In this document: positions 29,516 through 43,311 of the stretch, piece after piece
How the letters are laid out: the number at the start of each line of letters is the position of its first letter
Position numbering within the stretch: position 1 is the stretch's first letter
Origin: Octopus sinensis
Lineage: Eukaryota
Reading direction: 5' to 3'
NCBI RefSeq assembly: GCF_006345805.1
Contig: NC_043002.1
Location: 31,744,001 to 31,808,000, forward strand
Length of the DNA: 64,000 nt
Position numbers and translations under genes: made by a program
The notes under the pieces: generated by a model
Told to the model about the DNA's origin: nothing
Databases searched by the model: none
Seen by the model: only the letters and a program-made list of their open reading frames with translations

Positions 29516-30449
29516 TGCTTAATTCTATATGTTATATATGGTGTCATTTGACTCCACTATAAGGAGATGGGATCACAATGATAAGAGAGCCAAGAAAAGA
29601 TTTGAACATGCTGAAAAAAGATGCTGATATGCTTTCTAAATATTTAGGAAGAGGTAATTAAAGAAATTATAATAAAACCAGTATGCTATACACAACCAGC
29701 AACAGGAATTTTAGCATTATGTTCTCTTTTATTTACTTGTCATGTCCGTTTAGTAAAATAGATTGAGGAAAATTGTTCGATATATTAATTTTGATATCAT
29801 TCCAGAGGTAAAACAAATAGATTCATCAGATCACACATCTAATTCTTACCTTTTTACGAGGTACACTTATAAAATTAACTGGAAGATGTATGCTGCAAAA
29901 CCAAATAAAATTTTATAGTATACTGTGAATGTTGCTTGAGAGTATCATTGATCTTTACGTTGGAGAAATACGTTTAAACGTGTGTGAAATATTGAGTAAG
30001 CATCAATTAGAATAAATAGACCGATACCAAACATATATCTATATCACATTCTGCCAGCATGTACTAGTTAGACAAACACCATGGTCTAATCAAAAGAGCC
30101 AGAGTAGATATTCTTGTTTCAAAATGTCTGGAGAGATAATGCTGAGACAGGAAACAGTTTTTATTCTAAGTCTAAAACAGTTTAAAACCATGATACCACT
30201 ATTAAAGAACTCCTTATAATCTCCTTTCATTCCTTACATCAGTATTATACATATATCCGTGATCATTTCCAAATTTAGAATATCCACCGAGCAGCTACAG
30301 GGAAAATGTAACATAAGGATTATGAAAATTAATAATGCAAAATGCAAGATTCAGTCACGTAACAGAGAACAAGTTACCATGATTATTTTCAAGTTGAAAG
30401 CTACAGACGTACTTACAGATTATGGAATATTAAGAATCGTGTCCCGAAA

Positions 30450-30640
30450 TAGATACTACAATAGGCAACAACTAAAATTTTGCCTGTACAACGTTTGTAT
30501 GGCCTCCAAACAGGGGTCCTAAAATCGGAAGATATACGCAGACTAGAGGAATGTGCAGTTCTGGGAATTCATTGCCTGCATTCAACTCTAAGGATTTCGT
30601 TACGAGAGAGGCACAGAAATGCATCTAAGGAAATGATATT
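30450..30640 (+). mobile_element. RTE-type LINE RT C-terminal fragment
   Basis: LYGLQTGVLKSEDIRRLE...HCLHSTLRIS resembles LLYG.E.W......RRLE.F...CLR.IL.I. Confidence 0.5.
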
Positions 30641-31290
30641 CTCATAATACACGCGATTAACAAGGAAGGGAAGGCAAAATTCCGCCAGATAATCTAGAAT
30701 CTACGCAATAACTGAGTGGTGCAGGTGCTATTCTAGGATCTTTCAAACATCAGAGCACGTCTTGAAAGTCAAAGCGTTCGAGCTTTTGGATTTGCAGAGA
30801 CACAGGTGAAGCTGTTGTAGAAGTTGCAAGTTGAAGGACGACTGAAGCAGAAAAAATAGTCAAGGATGAACACACAGTAAAGACCTATTGATGTTTCATT
30901 ACCAAATAGTCCTCACGAAAGGGAAGCATTTCCAAATCACTATAAAATATGCCCGCGTTTGAGCCAAGAAGACACTTCTAAATTTTGACATGATAGCAAC
31001 GAATGAAACATACGTAAGTGATCGGGGGATTGTTCCTGCTCCACCTAAAGTCTATGTGTAAATGAGTGTGTGTGTGTGTTGAGAGAGAGAGAGAGAGATT
31101 TTGTGTGTGTATGTGTGTGCGAGTGTGAGTGAGAGAGAAACAGACTGTGTGTCCCCGAGAGATTGTGTGTATGTGAGTACGTGTATGTGTGTGTATGTGC
31201 ACGCGCGCAAACACACAATCATGCAAAAGTAAATGCATAAATATATATATATGTATAAATATATATATATATATATATGTACACACATAT

Positions 31291-31325
<35 letters not shown>

Positions 31326-31961
31326 AAATACATAAATATAGACATGTATCGCTACATTTATGCATACATACATAGAAAAACACATATATGTATTCATATA
31401 TAAATACAAACAAACGTATAAACACACACAAACAGACACGCAGACCCAAACATATATATAGAAATAGATATATAGACGCATACAATTTTATATTTACATG
31501 TTTATAGTTATGCATATGATTGCGTGTGTATGTGTGTGTGTGTGTGTGTGTTGCATGCGTGATTGTGCGTGCATGAGTGTGTGCGTGCGTGTTTATGTAC
31601 TTATATAATGTCTATTTTCAACGCAAAATCTGAAAAGTGAAGTAAATACCGGAAAGCATTTTGTAGGACACCCTAACGCATCTGCCACTTTGCCGTCTAA
31701 AGAACAACGTGTAACGTAAGGCTTTAGATACGTATAAGTCACAGCCACACTTCACATGCACTCAAACATAATATGTATATTTACATACATACATATATGC
31801 ATGTATATAAATATGTACATATAGATACATATATATATATATACGTTTATATATACATATACACACATATACATACATATATATATTTATAGGCACATAT
31901 ATAAATATAGATATATATCATATATATATACAAATATATATATATATATTTATACATATGC

Positions 31962-31992
<31 letters not shown>

Positions 31993-32212
31993 TCCATATA
32001 TATATGTATATATGTATATGAATATATAGCCATGCATATATATAGACACACATATATGTATGTATGTATATATAAACATAAATACATACACACACACACA
32101 TATATATATACATATATGTGTGTATGTATATATATATGTGTGTATATATGTATGTATATATATTTGTGTATGTATTATGAATGTATATATTGGCTCACAC
32201 ACATCATATATA

Positions 32213-32425
32213 CTCACTGAAGAATTTTGTCTCATTTAATAATATATGATAAAACCGTAATCCAAACTAACGGGCAGGAAATCTTTTTTCCCCAGTTGGT
32301 GACAATATTTCTGTGTAAAGAAGATTTAGACCAATTTCTAAGCAAGTATATAGATCTATTCATAGAACAGATTTTTCAAATGGATTTTAACTATATACGG
32401 AATCCTTATGAATTATGCTATCTCT
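32213..32425 (+). repeat. Dispersed repeat, possibly a PLE terminus (second copy at ~41775-41985)
   Basis: caatatttctgtgtaaag..gatttag..atttctaagcaag..tatagatct..tcatagaacagatttt..atatacggaatcc shared by both copies. Confidence 0.75.
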
Positions 32426-32779
32426 GATATGAATGTTATGCAGCCATTATTCTCATGACATGTAAAAGCTTTTAGTCGCTTATTACTACATTTTTATTTC
32501 TATATCATCGTTGATAACATTGTGTATACTCATTATAATTCTTGTTTTTCGCTGTCGTTGTTGTCGTTGTAGATCTTGGTGATGTTTTGTTATTTTATAT
32601 ATATATTTTTTTTATATTTTGTATTTTTTATAAGTATGGATTTAGCTATTTATCGTAGTTTATTTAGTTGTGTTTTTTTGCTAGCTTGTTATATATTTTC
32701 GTAATTATTCTTTCACATGCATTCATACACGGTACATATGTGTGTGTATGAATGTATGTGTATATATGTATACATATAT

Positions 32780-32822
<43 letters not shown>

Positions 32823-33520
32823 ATATATAATATATATATACATATATATGTAATATATATATATATAGACATATGTATATACTTATATATGTGTATGTAT
32901 ATGTACATAATTATAAAGTTATATATCATCAATGTAATTCTATCTAGAGATATATGTGTACACACACACATATATGTATAAGATATGTACGCATATATGT
33001 CTGAGCATAAACACCCACAACATAAAATATATGAATACGTATATATGTATGTATATATGCATATATATGTATATATATATATATATATATATTAATGCAT
33101 GTTCATGTAAACGAATATTTATATATTCGCATATGTTTATGCGTATGCACGTGTATTAATGAATATATATATATGTATTATACATACATACATTTATGTA
33201 TATGTATGTGTATACATATATATATATATATCCGTAATAATGAAGGGTGAAATTAATTAATTTGGAATAATTATCAATTACACGAAGTAGTCTTCGGCAT
33301 GTAAAAGCCTCATTCGAGGAAAATTTAAGTAATACTAAGCAATAAAGGGTTTAGCAACGAATTGCCTTACCACATACCGAATTTAGAAATAGCAGTCAAA
33401 GAGTTATAGCTATTTCTTCTACTAAAAAGGGAAATCTCAGTAAAAACAGCAATTGGAAGGCAGACACAAACAGGTAAGAGAGAATGAATTGACGGCAATC
33501 TATCATACAATTTTAAGTTA

Positions 33521-33620
33521 TCTACGGACGTACGTTTCGAAATCAAGTTTTTAGGAAAGCATAAGAATTAAATATTAAATAATTCTATCTTACCAAAATT
33601 TCTTTTCTCTTCAGCGTAGA
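33521..33620 (-). ncRNA. Type I hammerhead ribozyme (mirror copy)
   Basis: Reverse complement of the 33679-33778 motif with an intact core. Confidence 0.8.
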
Positions 33621-33678
33621 ATACTATAATCATAAATGATTATATATTGAATTTTGAGATACTAGAAGATTATAGTAT

Positions 33679-33778
33679 TCTACGCTGAAGAGAAAAGAAG
33701 TTTTGGTAAGATAGAATTATTTAATATTTCATTCTTATGCTTTCCTAAAAACTTGATTTCGAAACGTACGTCCGTAGA
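33679..33778 (+). ncRNA. Type I hammerhead ribozyme with extended stem II
   Basis: tctacg-CTGAAGA-gaaa..~60 nt..tttc-GAAA-C-GTAC-GTC-cgtaga; 6-bp stem I; predicted cleavage after 33772. Confidence 0.85.
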
Positions 33779-34022
33779 TAACTTAAAATTGTATGATAGA
33801 TTGCCGTCAATTCATTCTCTCTTACCTGTTTGTGTCTGCCTTCCAATTGCTGTTTTTACTGAGATCTCCCTTTTTAGTAGAAGAAATAGCTATAACTCTT
33901 GACTGCTATTTCTAAATTCGGTATGTGGTAAGGCAATTCGTTGCTAAACCCTTTATTGCTTAGTATATATATATATATTATATATATATATATATTATAT
34001 ATATATATATTATATATATATA

Positions 34023-34087
<65 letters not shown>

Positions 34088-34254
34088 ACATTCATAGAAA
34101 TGCTGTTTTGTTTTCTTGTGTTTAAGGATCAGTTTTATTGGGGAACAATTTGATACACTAATACCAGGTTTAATATATTTTCTTACTTTATTTTGGTATT
34201 GATTTCTTCTTTATGTTTGTTGTTTGAGAAGCCACTGCTCATTAATGCATAATG

Positions 34255-34318
<64 letters not shown>

Positions 34319-35145
34319 GTATATATCATATATACTCATGTATACGCATATACATACAAACATAGTCATATATAATCCTACATATATAGGTATGTATTTA
34401 TATATATATACATATTATAACGTGTATAATATACATATAATCACACATATAGTATTTATATACATAAATAGATATATATATGTCTGTCTGTATATATGTA
34501 TGTACATATGTATTTATATATATATATATACATGCATATACACATACGCGCTCACATATCTCCATATAAAAACAAACATGCCTAAGTGTGTGTGTGTGTG
34601 TGCGTGTGTGTGTGTATGTGTGTGTGTACATACATAGTCGCACATACACATACACACACAAACATTTTGCCATTATTTCTAGATATATTCTAACTTTAGA
34701 ATGTGTTGAAGGATGTTCAATCTAAATTAAAGCAGTGACCGATATTCTGCCAAGACCTTGAGTTTTGTAAGTGCCTATTGGTATTTATTGCCACTCTCTT
34801 TTCCCTGCTTTTTATCATTTCAATAGTGATAAATAAGGTACCAGTGAATGGTAGTAGGTTGGTAGATTTTTAGTCAGCATTTCACACGAAATGCGCCGTT
34901 TGTGTTCTTTTCTCTCTTTCCTTAGATCAAATTTGTTCTTGGAGCCTAAACTGTAGGATTGCTTAAAGAAATGTCTATTCTAACAAATGATGATCTCAAA
35001 AACCGATGGTAATGGCCAGAATCGTTGTTTGGGACCAAATGCGTTACCGATTGATGATGATACATATATATATATATATATACATACATACATGCACACG
35101 TACGCGTGCGTTCACAAACACACGTGACTTTTATATAAATATATA

Positions 35146-36005
35146 TGACTGGGTACCCAAAAGTAACAGAAATTTTGGTATGTTATTTTATTCACTTAGT
35201 TTTACATATTTACACTTTTATTGCCTTCAATGTATTCAATATTGGAAGCAATGCATTGGTACAGACACATTTTCCACTGTTCGAAGCAGTGCTGGATCTC
35301 ATGGGGAGGATTGTCTTTTAATGCCCCCGTCTTTGTTTCGTTACCTCTTCCACGTTTGCAATTTCTGTACCACCAGCTTTCATCACCAGTGATGACCTTT
35401 GAAAAAGGGTCCAGATCAACAGCCAACAGTTCTTTCAGTTCACGACACGCATGCAGTCATGACAGCATTTTGATCTTCCGTGAGCAAGCACAGCACAAAT
35501 TTTCATTCACAATTTCTCGCTCAAAAACCGTTGGCAGGATCTCCAGGACACACCACTCTTATCAACAAGCTCGTCAATTTTTCAGTGGCGGTCCTCCACT
35601 GTTAGTTCATGAATTTTCATATTTTCATTCGTTCGAGAGGTTGATGTTCGCGCTGATTGATGTTGACTTTCAAACGACAAGTAACCATTCCTAACACGTA
35701 AAAAACAACCGTAAACTTGTGTTTTGCTCATGGCAGCGTCTCTGTAAGCTGTTTGAAGTACGACAAATGTTTCGGCTATCGTTTTCCCAAGCAGAGAACA
35801 ATATTTCACGGAAGCACGCTGTTCTTTCGTTTAGGTCACCGCAAAAATCGACGAACATGTGAGAAGCACTGAAAAAACAATGATGCACCACGTGGCAGTA
35901 CACGATGAATCTGGTCGGCAGACTGATGCCATGTGTTGCATCGACTTCTAGCGGCGGAAGCTTGAGCTACAACGGGCTTGTTCCATAGAGAACATTCAGG
36001 TATAC

Positions 36006-36008
<3 letters not shown>
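35146..36008 (-). mobile_element. Internally deleted non-autonomous mariner (same family as 13606-14258)
   Basis: KYCSLLGKTIAET..AMSKTQVY; FSKVITGDESWW; TIR tgactgggtacccaaaagtaac. Confidence 0.85.
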
Positions 36009-36071
<63 letters not shown>

Positions 36072-36690
36072 GCACAGAAGTGGGTATTAGTAATGGACAC
36101 TACATATTTTACTTTTATTGAAGTAAATTTTCTTTACACCTGCTTCTTGTACTTATTACAGTTTCTGAATTTACTCCAATAATGGAAAATAGGAAAGAAT
36201 CATTATTTATATCCTGTGTGGTATTTCTCTCTGTCTAAAACCAGTTTGAGTGGAGCGCCACCATGGATTTGCGACATAGAATGGAGATGAAATATAGCCT
36301 CAGGTTCTGCCATTAGGATACATGGATGTTTTACTCATCTGAACAATGTCTTAGCCTGCTACGCCAAAAGAAATCTCTGAAGTGTTACGTCCGGATTGAT
36401 AACCCATACCAATAACTATATTCATACATACATACATACATACATACATACATACATACATACATACATACATACATACATACATACATACATTCATACA
36501 TACATACATACATACAGACATACATACATACTACATACATACATACAATACATACATACATACATACATACAACATACATACTACATACATACATACATA
36601 CATACATACAATACATACATACATACATACATACATACATACATACATACATACATACATACATACATACATACATACATACATACATAC

Positions 36691-36972
36691 AGAGCGTCGG
36701 CTGCGGGGTCATTCCGAAAAGCTCTACCTGCGACGGTTTCATCTCAATCGAAGGAGAGGAGCTTTCTCCGTCCGGGTTGCGGATCCGTGGAACAAGCTGC
36801 CAGACGAGATGGTGAAGATGCCGACGACCGCTTTGTTCAAAGCCTCCCTGGACCTCAAGTGGCCTGAACTCTTTGCATGAACACCACTCTGTACTTAACT
36901 CCATGTCCCCCTACATGGCCTTGCTATTTGCTTTTGAGCCAAATTAACCAACTAACTAACTAACTAACTAAC
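36691..36972 (+). mobile_element. 5'-truncated CR1-type LINE 3' end with (CTAA)n tail
   Basis: 36692-36880 reads ERRLRGHSEKLYLRRFHLNRRRGAFSVRVADPWNKLPDEMVKMPTTALFKASLDLKWPELFA*; embedded in (CATA)n. Confidence 0.85.
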
Positions 36973-37024
36973 ATACATACATACATGCATACATACATAT
37001 ATACACAAACAAAAAGTTCTTAGA

Positions 37025-37192
37025 TTCAAGGGTATCACGAAAGATTCAACCTTCCCAGTTCTAGTACAGGTTTTTCAAAAATTGAAGGACTGCTGCAATA
37101 AGTATGTGAATCTGAGAGAGAAATATGTTGAATAAAACCATAACTAACTGATCTAGCGGATTTTTTTTTTACCTAAAGCCAGACATTTTTCA
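37025..37192 (+). mobile_element. Mariner 3' fragment
   Basis: KLKDCCNKYVNLREKYVE* is a typical mariner C-terminus; TIR-like end follows. Confidence 0.65.
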
Positions 37193-37199
37193 TATATAA

Positions 37200-38150
37200 A
37201 TAAATATAAATAAATAAATGGAGTTAAATGCAGGTGTTATTCAATTTACTTTCCTCTCGACATATGTTGCGAAGACAACATTGGTATTATTCCAAAGGAA
37301 TAAAATGGTGTAAAACAATGTAATCTTCTCATCAGGGAAAGAAAGAAAGAAACCAAACTCATCAATAAGACATTTTAACAGAATGTGATGGATGTGTATA
37401 ATGATAAACGGAACGCTATTAAGTTATTTTTTTTTAACCGGTAGAATATACGTCAAATGTAGCCTATAGAAAGAGAAGGGGAAACACTAATAAAGGAGAA
37501 ATATAGAGCGATATGGAAATTAAAATAAAAGCTTAAGGGCTTGGAAATAGATATGTCTAGTGGAAATGAAATGTAAGAAGAACATCAATGCTGAAATTAT
37601 ATATAGTGGTATATGAATTAAAGGTATGTTTCTGCCAATGTTTACATCGATAAGCATGCTCTATAAACGTTGTTTACAAGGGGTTCTTAGGAAATAGAAT
37701 AGAAAATATTTCACTATTACAGAATTGACAGGATTCTTTGGCATTATCGTATGAAAATGAAATGGAGAGAATCAACTAATCTAAATTAAATTGTTTATTA
37801 TGGACTTTTAGATACCAAATTAATTTACTAAGCCCTATACTAATGCCTTTATTACTATCCCTAAATGTAGAGTAAAGATTAGAAATTCATTTAGATAACT
37901 GAAAAGAGCTACCTATATAAAAAAGACATTGGTACTTGAAGTAATTTTAAACTGGTATATAGAATTTTTAGTCTTAGAATTACTACACATAAATTTAATT
38001 CTGTTGGAATTGACATCGGAGACAATAGACTTGATGTAAATATTTCTAGGGGGATGGTTAGTATTAGTTAAATTAATGTTAGTATTAGTAATTAAATTCT
38101 TATTTAACAGACTAATATTATGTGAAGAGATAATTTGTGGTGGATTTTTT
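37200..38150 (-). mobile_element. PLE 3' end: second GIY-YIG type (Naiad-like, tentative) plus pseudo-LTR
   Basis: Minus strand NSIYQFKI..(frameshift)YIGSS..STF..GLSKLIWYLK..SY..SCQFCNSE..RCKHWQK with stops; hammerhead downstream. Confidence 0.7.
37253..37338 (-). ncRNA. Long-stem-II hammerhead with one core substitution
   Basis: cc-CTGATGA-gaagattacattg...caatgttgtcttc-GCAA-C-ATAT-GTC-gag. Confidence 0.65.
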
Positions 38151-38157
38151 TTTGTGT

Positions 38158-39055
38158 TGGAGCCATACGTTGCAAGGAATTCTTTGGGGTTTGGATAATT
38201 CATCTTTGGAAACATGTGTGTTTCGTTCAAATCCTTAAATAACCCATATTCAGGGACCTTTTGAGCAGGATGGGCTACTCGACCTGTAGAAAATTCTAAC
38301 TGGAGGCCATCCGCAAGGTCATACGCTGCTTATCTTGATATGAGATCAGCATGTTGCGCACAGATGGTTGTGACTCATGTACTTGGAGTACCCTTATCAG
38401 ATAGGTAGTCATGATGGCTATACAGGGCTTTGTATATTTTACCCCAGTTTCATTTTGATGGCATGCACAGCTCTCTCACTCAATATAATAATAATAATAA
38501 TAATAATAATAAGTACCAGGCAGTGGCTCTCATGGCTTCTGATCTTAACTGATTGGAAGTGTTATCATGTACATTGTTTTGTCTTGGTATAAAAGATGGG
38601 CTACAGCAAATATTCTGCTCAATACCACAGATTTGCTTGTCAGTTGTTTGACCTTAACCAGTTGAGCATCTCCCTTAGTGGCTGACGATATGTGCATCTC
38701 TGATCACGAGCAGAAGTAGTGGGGGAGCATCATAGCCATGTGTTGAGAAGGATTCTTTGGGGTTTGAATAATTCACCTCTGGAAACATGGGTGTTGCGTT
38801 CAACGTCCTTAAACAACCCTTATTCAGGGACCTTTTGAGCGGGATGGGTTACTCGATCTGAAGAAAATTCTAACTGGGCTCCACCTGCAAAGTCATATGC
38901 TGTTTATCTTGATATGAGATCATCATGTCGCACACATATGGTTGGGATGCATGTGCCTGGTGTACCCTTATCAGACGGGTAGTCATGATGGGTATACTGG
39001 GCTTCGTATATTTTACCCCAGTGTCACTTTGATGGCATGCTCTGCTCGCTCACTC

Positions 39056-39109
<54 letters not shown>

Positions 39110-39948
39110 CACGCCTTTTATTGCAACAACACAACTGAACTCAGAAATTCAAAAATTCAACGACGTGAATTTCAGTATATATGTGTGAGGGTATATATAT
39201 ATGTGTGTGTGTGTGTGTGCGTCCGTGCGCGCTCGTGTGTGTAAATATGTGTGTATATATATATTATTATTATTATTGTGTTTTTCTACCAGTAATTACA
39301 AATGGAACAGATTGAATTGCTTCTTTTCAAGACAGCGCTTTCAGTGGTCAGTTCAGATAGTTAAGCAATGACATTATTATTATTATTTTTCAGTAATGCC
39401 TTGATGGTGTAGCACGCATTGGCTCTCATGGTGCCTGATCTTAACTGATTGGAAGCGTTATCTTGTACATTGTTTTGTTTTGGAATAAAAGATGGGCTAC
39501 GGCAAATATTTTGCTCCATACCACAGATTTTGCATTCAATTGTTTGACCATAACCAGTTGAGCATGTCCCTTAATGGCTGATGATATGTGCATCTCTGAT
39601 CACGAGCAGAAGTAGTGCAGTAGCATCATAGCCACGTGTTGAAAGTAATTCTTTGTTGTGTGGATAATTCACCTTTGGTAGCATGGGTGTTTTGTTCAAC
39701 AACCTTAATCCTTATTCAAGGACCTTTTGAGCGGAATGGGCTACTCGACCTGAAAAAAATTCTAACTGGACGCCATCTGTAGGGTCATGCGCTGTTTATC
39801 TTCATATAAGATCAGCATGTCGCGCACATATATTTGTGACTCATATGCTTAATGTAAACTTTTCAGACGGGAAGTCATGATGGGTTTACTGTGCTTCGTA
39901 TATATGTACCACAGTCTCACTTTGATGGCATGCGCTGTCTTCACACTC
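38158..39948. mobile_element. Three copies of a ~545-bp non-coding repeat anchored on (AAT)n
   Basis: Copies ~38158-38481, ~38513-39055 and ~39393-39948 all end ...ctcactc/cacactc directly before (AAT)n. Confidence 0.85.
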
Positions 39949-40342
39949 AATAATAACAATAATGATAATAGTTGAGACAGACATAATAAAGACAAAGATG
40001 GACATAACTCAGACAGCAGACGTAGAACTTACATGAAGGAGATTAAAGTATCGATCATTTCTTCAATGAATGCCTAAACGAGCACAAAAAGAGTATTTGC
40101 GCTCTCATGGCTGTGTAGTCAAAAGCGTGCATTGAGATGTTAACCTTGTGTGTGGCTTAGAATGAAAAGGAAATGTTATGAACACAGATCAAAGGCTCTA
40201 ATAGAAAATGTGATTTATAGGATGCTAAAGGTCTTTCCCATAAAGACTAACTACTATAGAAGCAAGAATACAAGATGCGATTGTTGACGATAAATTGAAC
40301 AAAGAGTAAATTTGCAATACCGCATGAAAAATGAGAGGATAC

Positions 40343-40572
40343 CAAAGAAATTGAAACAAAGGGGCTAAACTCAAAGAGGAGAAACAAGGAAAGACAAAAG
40401 GATTAAGTTGATTATATCGACCCCAGTGCATAACTGGTACTTAATTTATCGACCCCGAAAGGATGAAAGGCAAAGTCGTCATAGCGGAATTTGAACTCAG
40501 AACATAACGGTAGACGAAATACTGCTACGCATTTCGCCCGGCGTGCTAACGTTTCTGCCAGCTCACCGCCTT
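40343..40572 (-). mobile_element. SINE family B copy, near intact
   Basis: Colinear with 12452-12682. Confidence 0.9.
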
Positions 40573-40794
40573 AAAAATTGAGAATATTGAGAATATCAGG
40601 AGCGTTGAAGAGACTATATGAGACTCAAACAATAAATATTTCTGCAGTAACTGGTTCACTTGACACGACAACGAATCTGATTTCTTAAAAGACTGGAAGA
40701 TATTGGAATTGAGAACTGCTTTGTTGAACTCCAGAAAAAATGTCACAAAGCTTTTCTACTAGGAGCCTCAGAAAGAGTGTTAATATTTGAGGAG

Positions 40795-41110
40795 TCCTGT
40801 GTCACCAAACCTTAAGATACCTGTTAATAGCTGTTTTGAGATAGAAAGTCAAAATGCTGCTGGATCATTGACGTAGCCATACCATATGAGAAGAACATTG
40901 CTAGTAAATAGATTGGAAAAATTCACCAAGTACTCCGGACTGAAATGGTGGTCGTAGGAGACATTGGAATGCAAAAATGTAATGTAAAAGTGATATCAGT
41001 TATGAACAGGATATTAGGATCAATCCCATTGACATTTAAAGACTTCTTTAAATGGTTGGGGACCGTGAGATAGTTCCGTAACGTTTATCTAAGGAATATG
41101 TTTGTATGTC
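40795..41110 (+). mobile_element. R4/Dong-type restriction-like endonuclease fragment
   Basis: CWIIDVAIPYEKNIASK*..EKFTKYSGLK..ILGSIP. Confidence 0.65.
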
Positions 41111-41419
41111 CTGAAGTGTTCGTGTTTATATCCTTTAACTTTTGCTTAGTATCTGTAGAAATAACAACACAAAACACAGAGAGATATTTTCCTCCTCCTC
41201 ATTTTGGTGTTATCATATAATTTAAAGAATATTACAACGATATGAACAACTCCAAAAATAAACATTCAAATAATTTCTTTGTTGAATGGTTGAAAGCAAT
41301 TGAAAGAGGTTTCCATCTGCGTCGCTCACGTGAAGGTAAGGTATTTCCACACTTAAAATCATATCATCATCAAAATCCTTTAACTGATGTAGACGTTAGG
41401 GTGCCACACAAGACGCTTT

Positions 41420-41680
41420 CATAGTCAGACATCGCCTCTGGTTTCTATTCATTATCACAGGTAGCAATGTCACTGTGTTGTGACCTGTCCAGCCCTCGAT
41501 ACTGTCCAACGAGGATTTCCCCTGTCTACTCCTATTTCATCTTCCCTCGTCTGTTCCCGGAACAATGGTTTTGAATAGGGAGAAGTGGTAGGAGATATGG
41601 CTGAGCCAGGCAAGCATTCGTCTTTTTCCCCTACGCAGGGAGTGGCACATGTCTACCAACGTATTTGCTAACTTATTGCC
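41420..41680 (-). mobile_element. RTE-type LINE 3' fragment
   Basis: LAWLSHIS..FKTIVPGTDEGR*NRSRQGKSSLDSIEGWTG resembles L.W.GH..K.IL.G.VEG.R.RGR..K.W.D.I..WTG. Confidence 0.65.
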
Positions 41681-42050
41681 TGACAAAATATTTGTTTATA
41701 CAAATGTAACCACATGAATATATAGACATACATATATTCATACATATATTAATGTTATATATCAGATTATTCGACTTACTGAATTTAGCCTCTTTTAAAT
41801 ATATAGGTTTAAAACGTTAATCCAAACTAAAGGGACAATAAATTCTGTTATCCAGTTCGTTCCAATATTTCTGTGTAAAGAGGATTTAGTCCCATTTCTA
41901 AGCAAGCATATAGATCTTTTCATAGAACAGATTTTCAAAGTGGGTTTTGAATATATACGGAATCCATATGAATTATCCTATGTTACACAACCTCGATTCT
42001 ATTCGCTGTTACGTGGTTGATCTTCGTGTTGTGTGTATATACATATTTTA

Positions 42051-42119
<69 letters not shown>

Positions 42120-42575
42120 AATACACACAACAATATATATATGTGCATACATAACCTATCTCTCACTATACATATAGGTACATATGCGTATACATATACA
42201 TATGCACACATAATTATATGTATGCATATACATACATATATATATATATATGTATTTATGTATATGTATTTCTATATGTGTAAGTGAAAATATGTATCTA
42301 TGTGTGTGCGCGTGTGTGTTCGTGTATTTTTTTTGTATGCAATATGTATATATGTATAGGTATATATACATATTTACATGTATTTCCATGTACATTATAC
42401 AAACATATATATGTATGTACACATACGCACACGCACGCAGACATACACACACACACAAACACACATACAAGTACACGGACACACTCGCAGATGTATGTCT
42501 TAAACACTTATCCTCTTTTGTCGAACTCTTGTTTGCAAGTTTTTATCTTCCTAATACGCATATAAAGTGTATGTA

Positions 42576-42675
<100 letters not shown>

Positions 42676-42869
42676 TGTGCCTTTATGTATAATATATTTA
42701 TATATATAATGCATAAATATTTCATATATGTATATATATTAATATACATAACGTAATTCATACACACATACATGTATGTTTTCATATATATATAACTAAA
42801 TACATAAACATACATATTCTCATATATGTATGCGTGTGTTGTGTATGAATGTATGTATTATATATATAC

Positions 42870-42914
<45 letters not shown>

Positions 42915-43311
42915 CATTTGTGTGTATATATGTATATATGCATATATGTATGCATATATAAAGCTTATATATGAATATATACTCATATATGTATATATTC
43001 TATTGTATTTTATATATGTGTGTCTGTGTCTGTGGAGGAGAGAGAGAGTGACACATAGTATGTGGGAGAGAGAGAGATGCATTTCTAATGTCGAAGTCTT
43101 TGATAAGTTGTCGGGTTTTCACAATTTTTTTTTACTTCAGTATCTTTACCGAAGGTAAGGCTTATATAGATAAACACATGCACACTAAGCAAGAGCTCGC
43201 TCACTGTCACTCGCATTATTTGTATATAATATATTGTATATATTTGTGTATGTATGTTTGTATGTATGTATAAATAAATAATTATATATATATATATATA
43301 TAAATATTTAT

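Larger units (their letters stand above)
33231..33966. mobile_element. Fold-back PLE pseudo-LTR with ~300-bp inverted arms in (TA)n
   Basis: Arms 33332-33631 and 33668-33966 are near-identical, 36-bp spacer; unpaired terminus 33231-33331 is homologous to 53215-53315. Confidence 0.85.
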
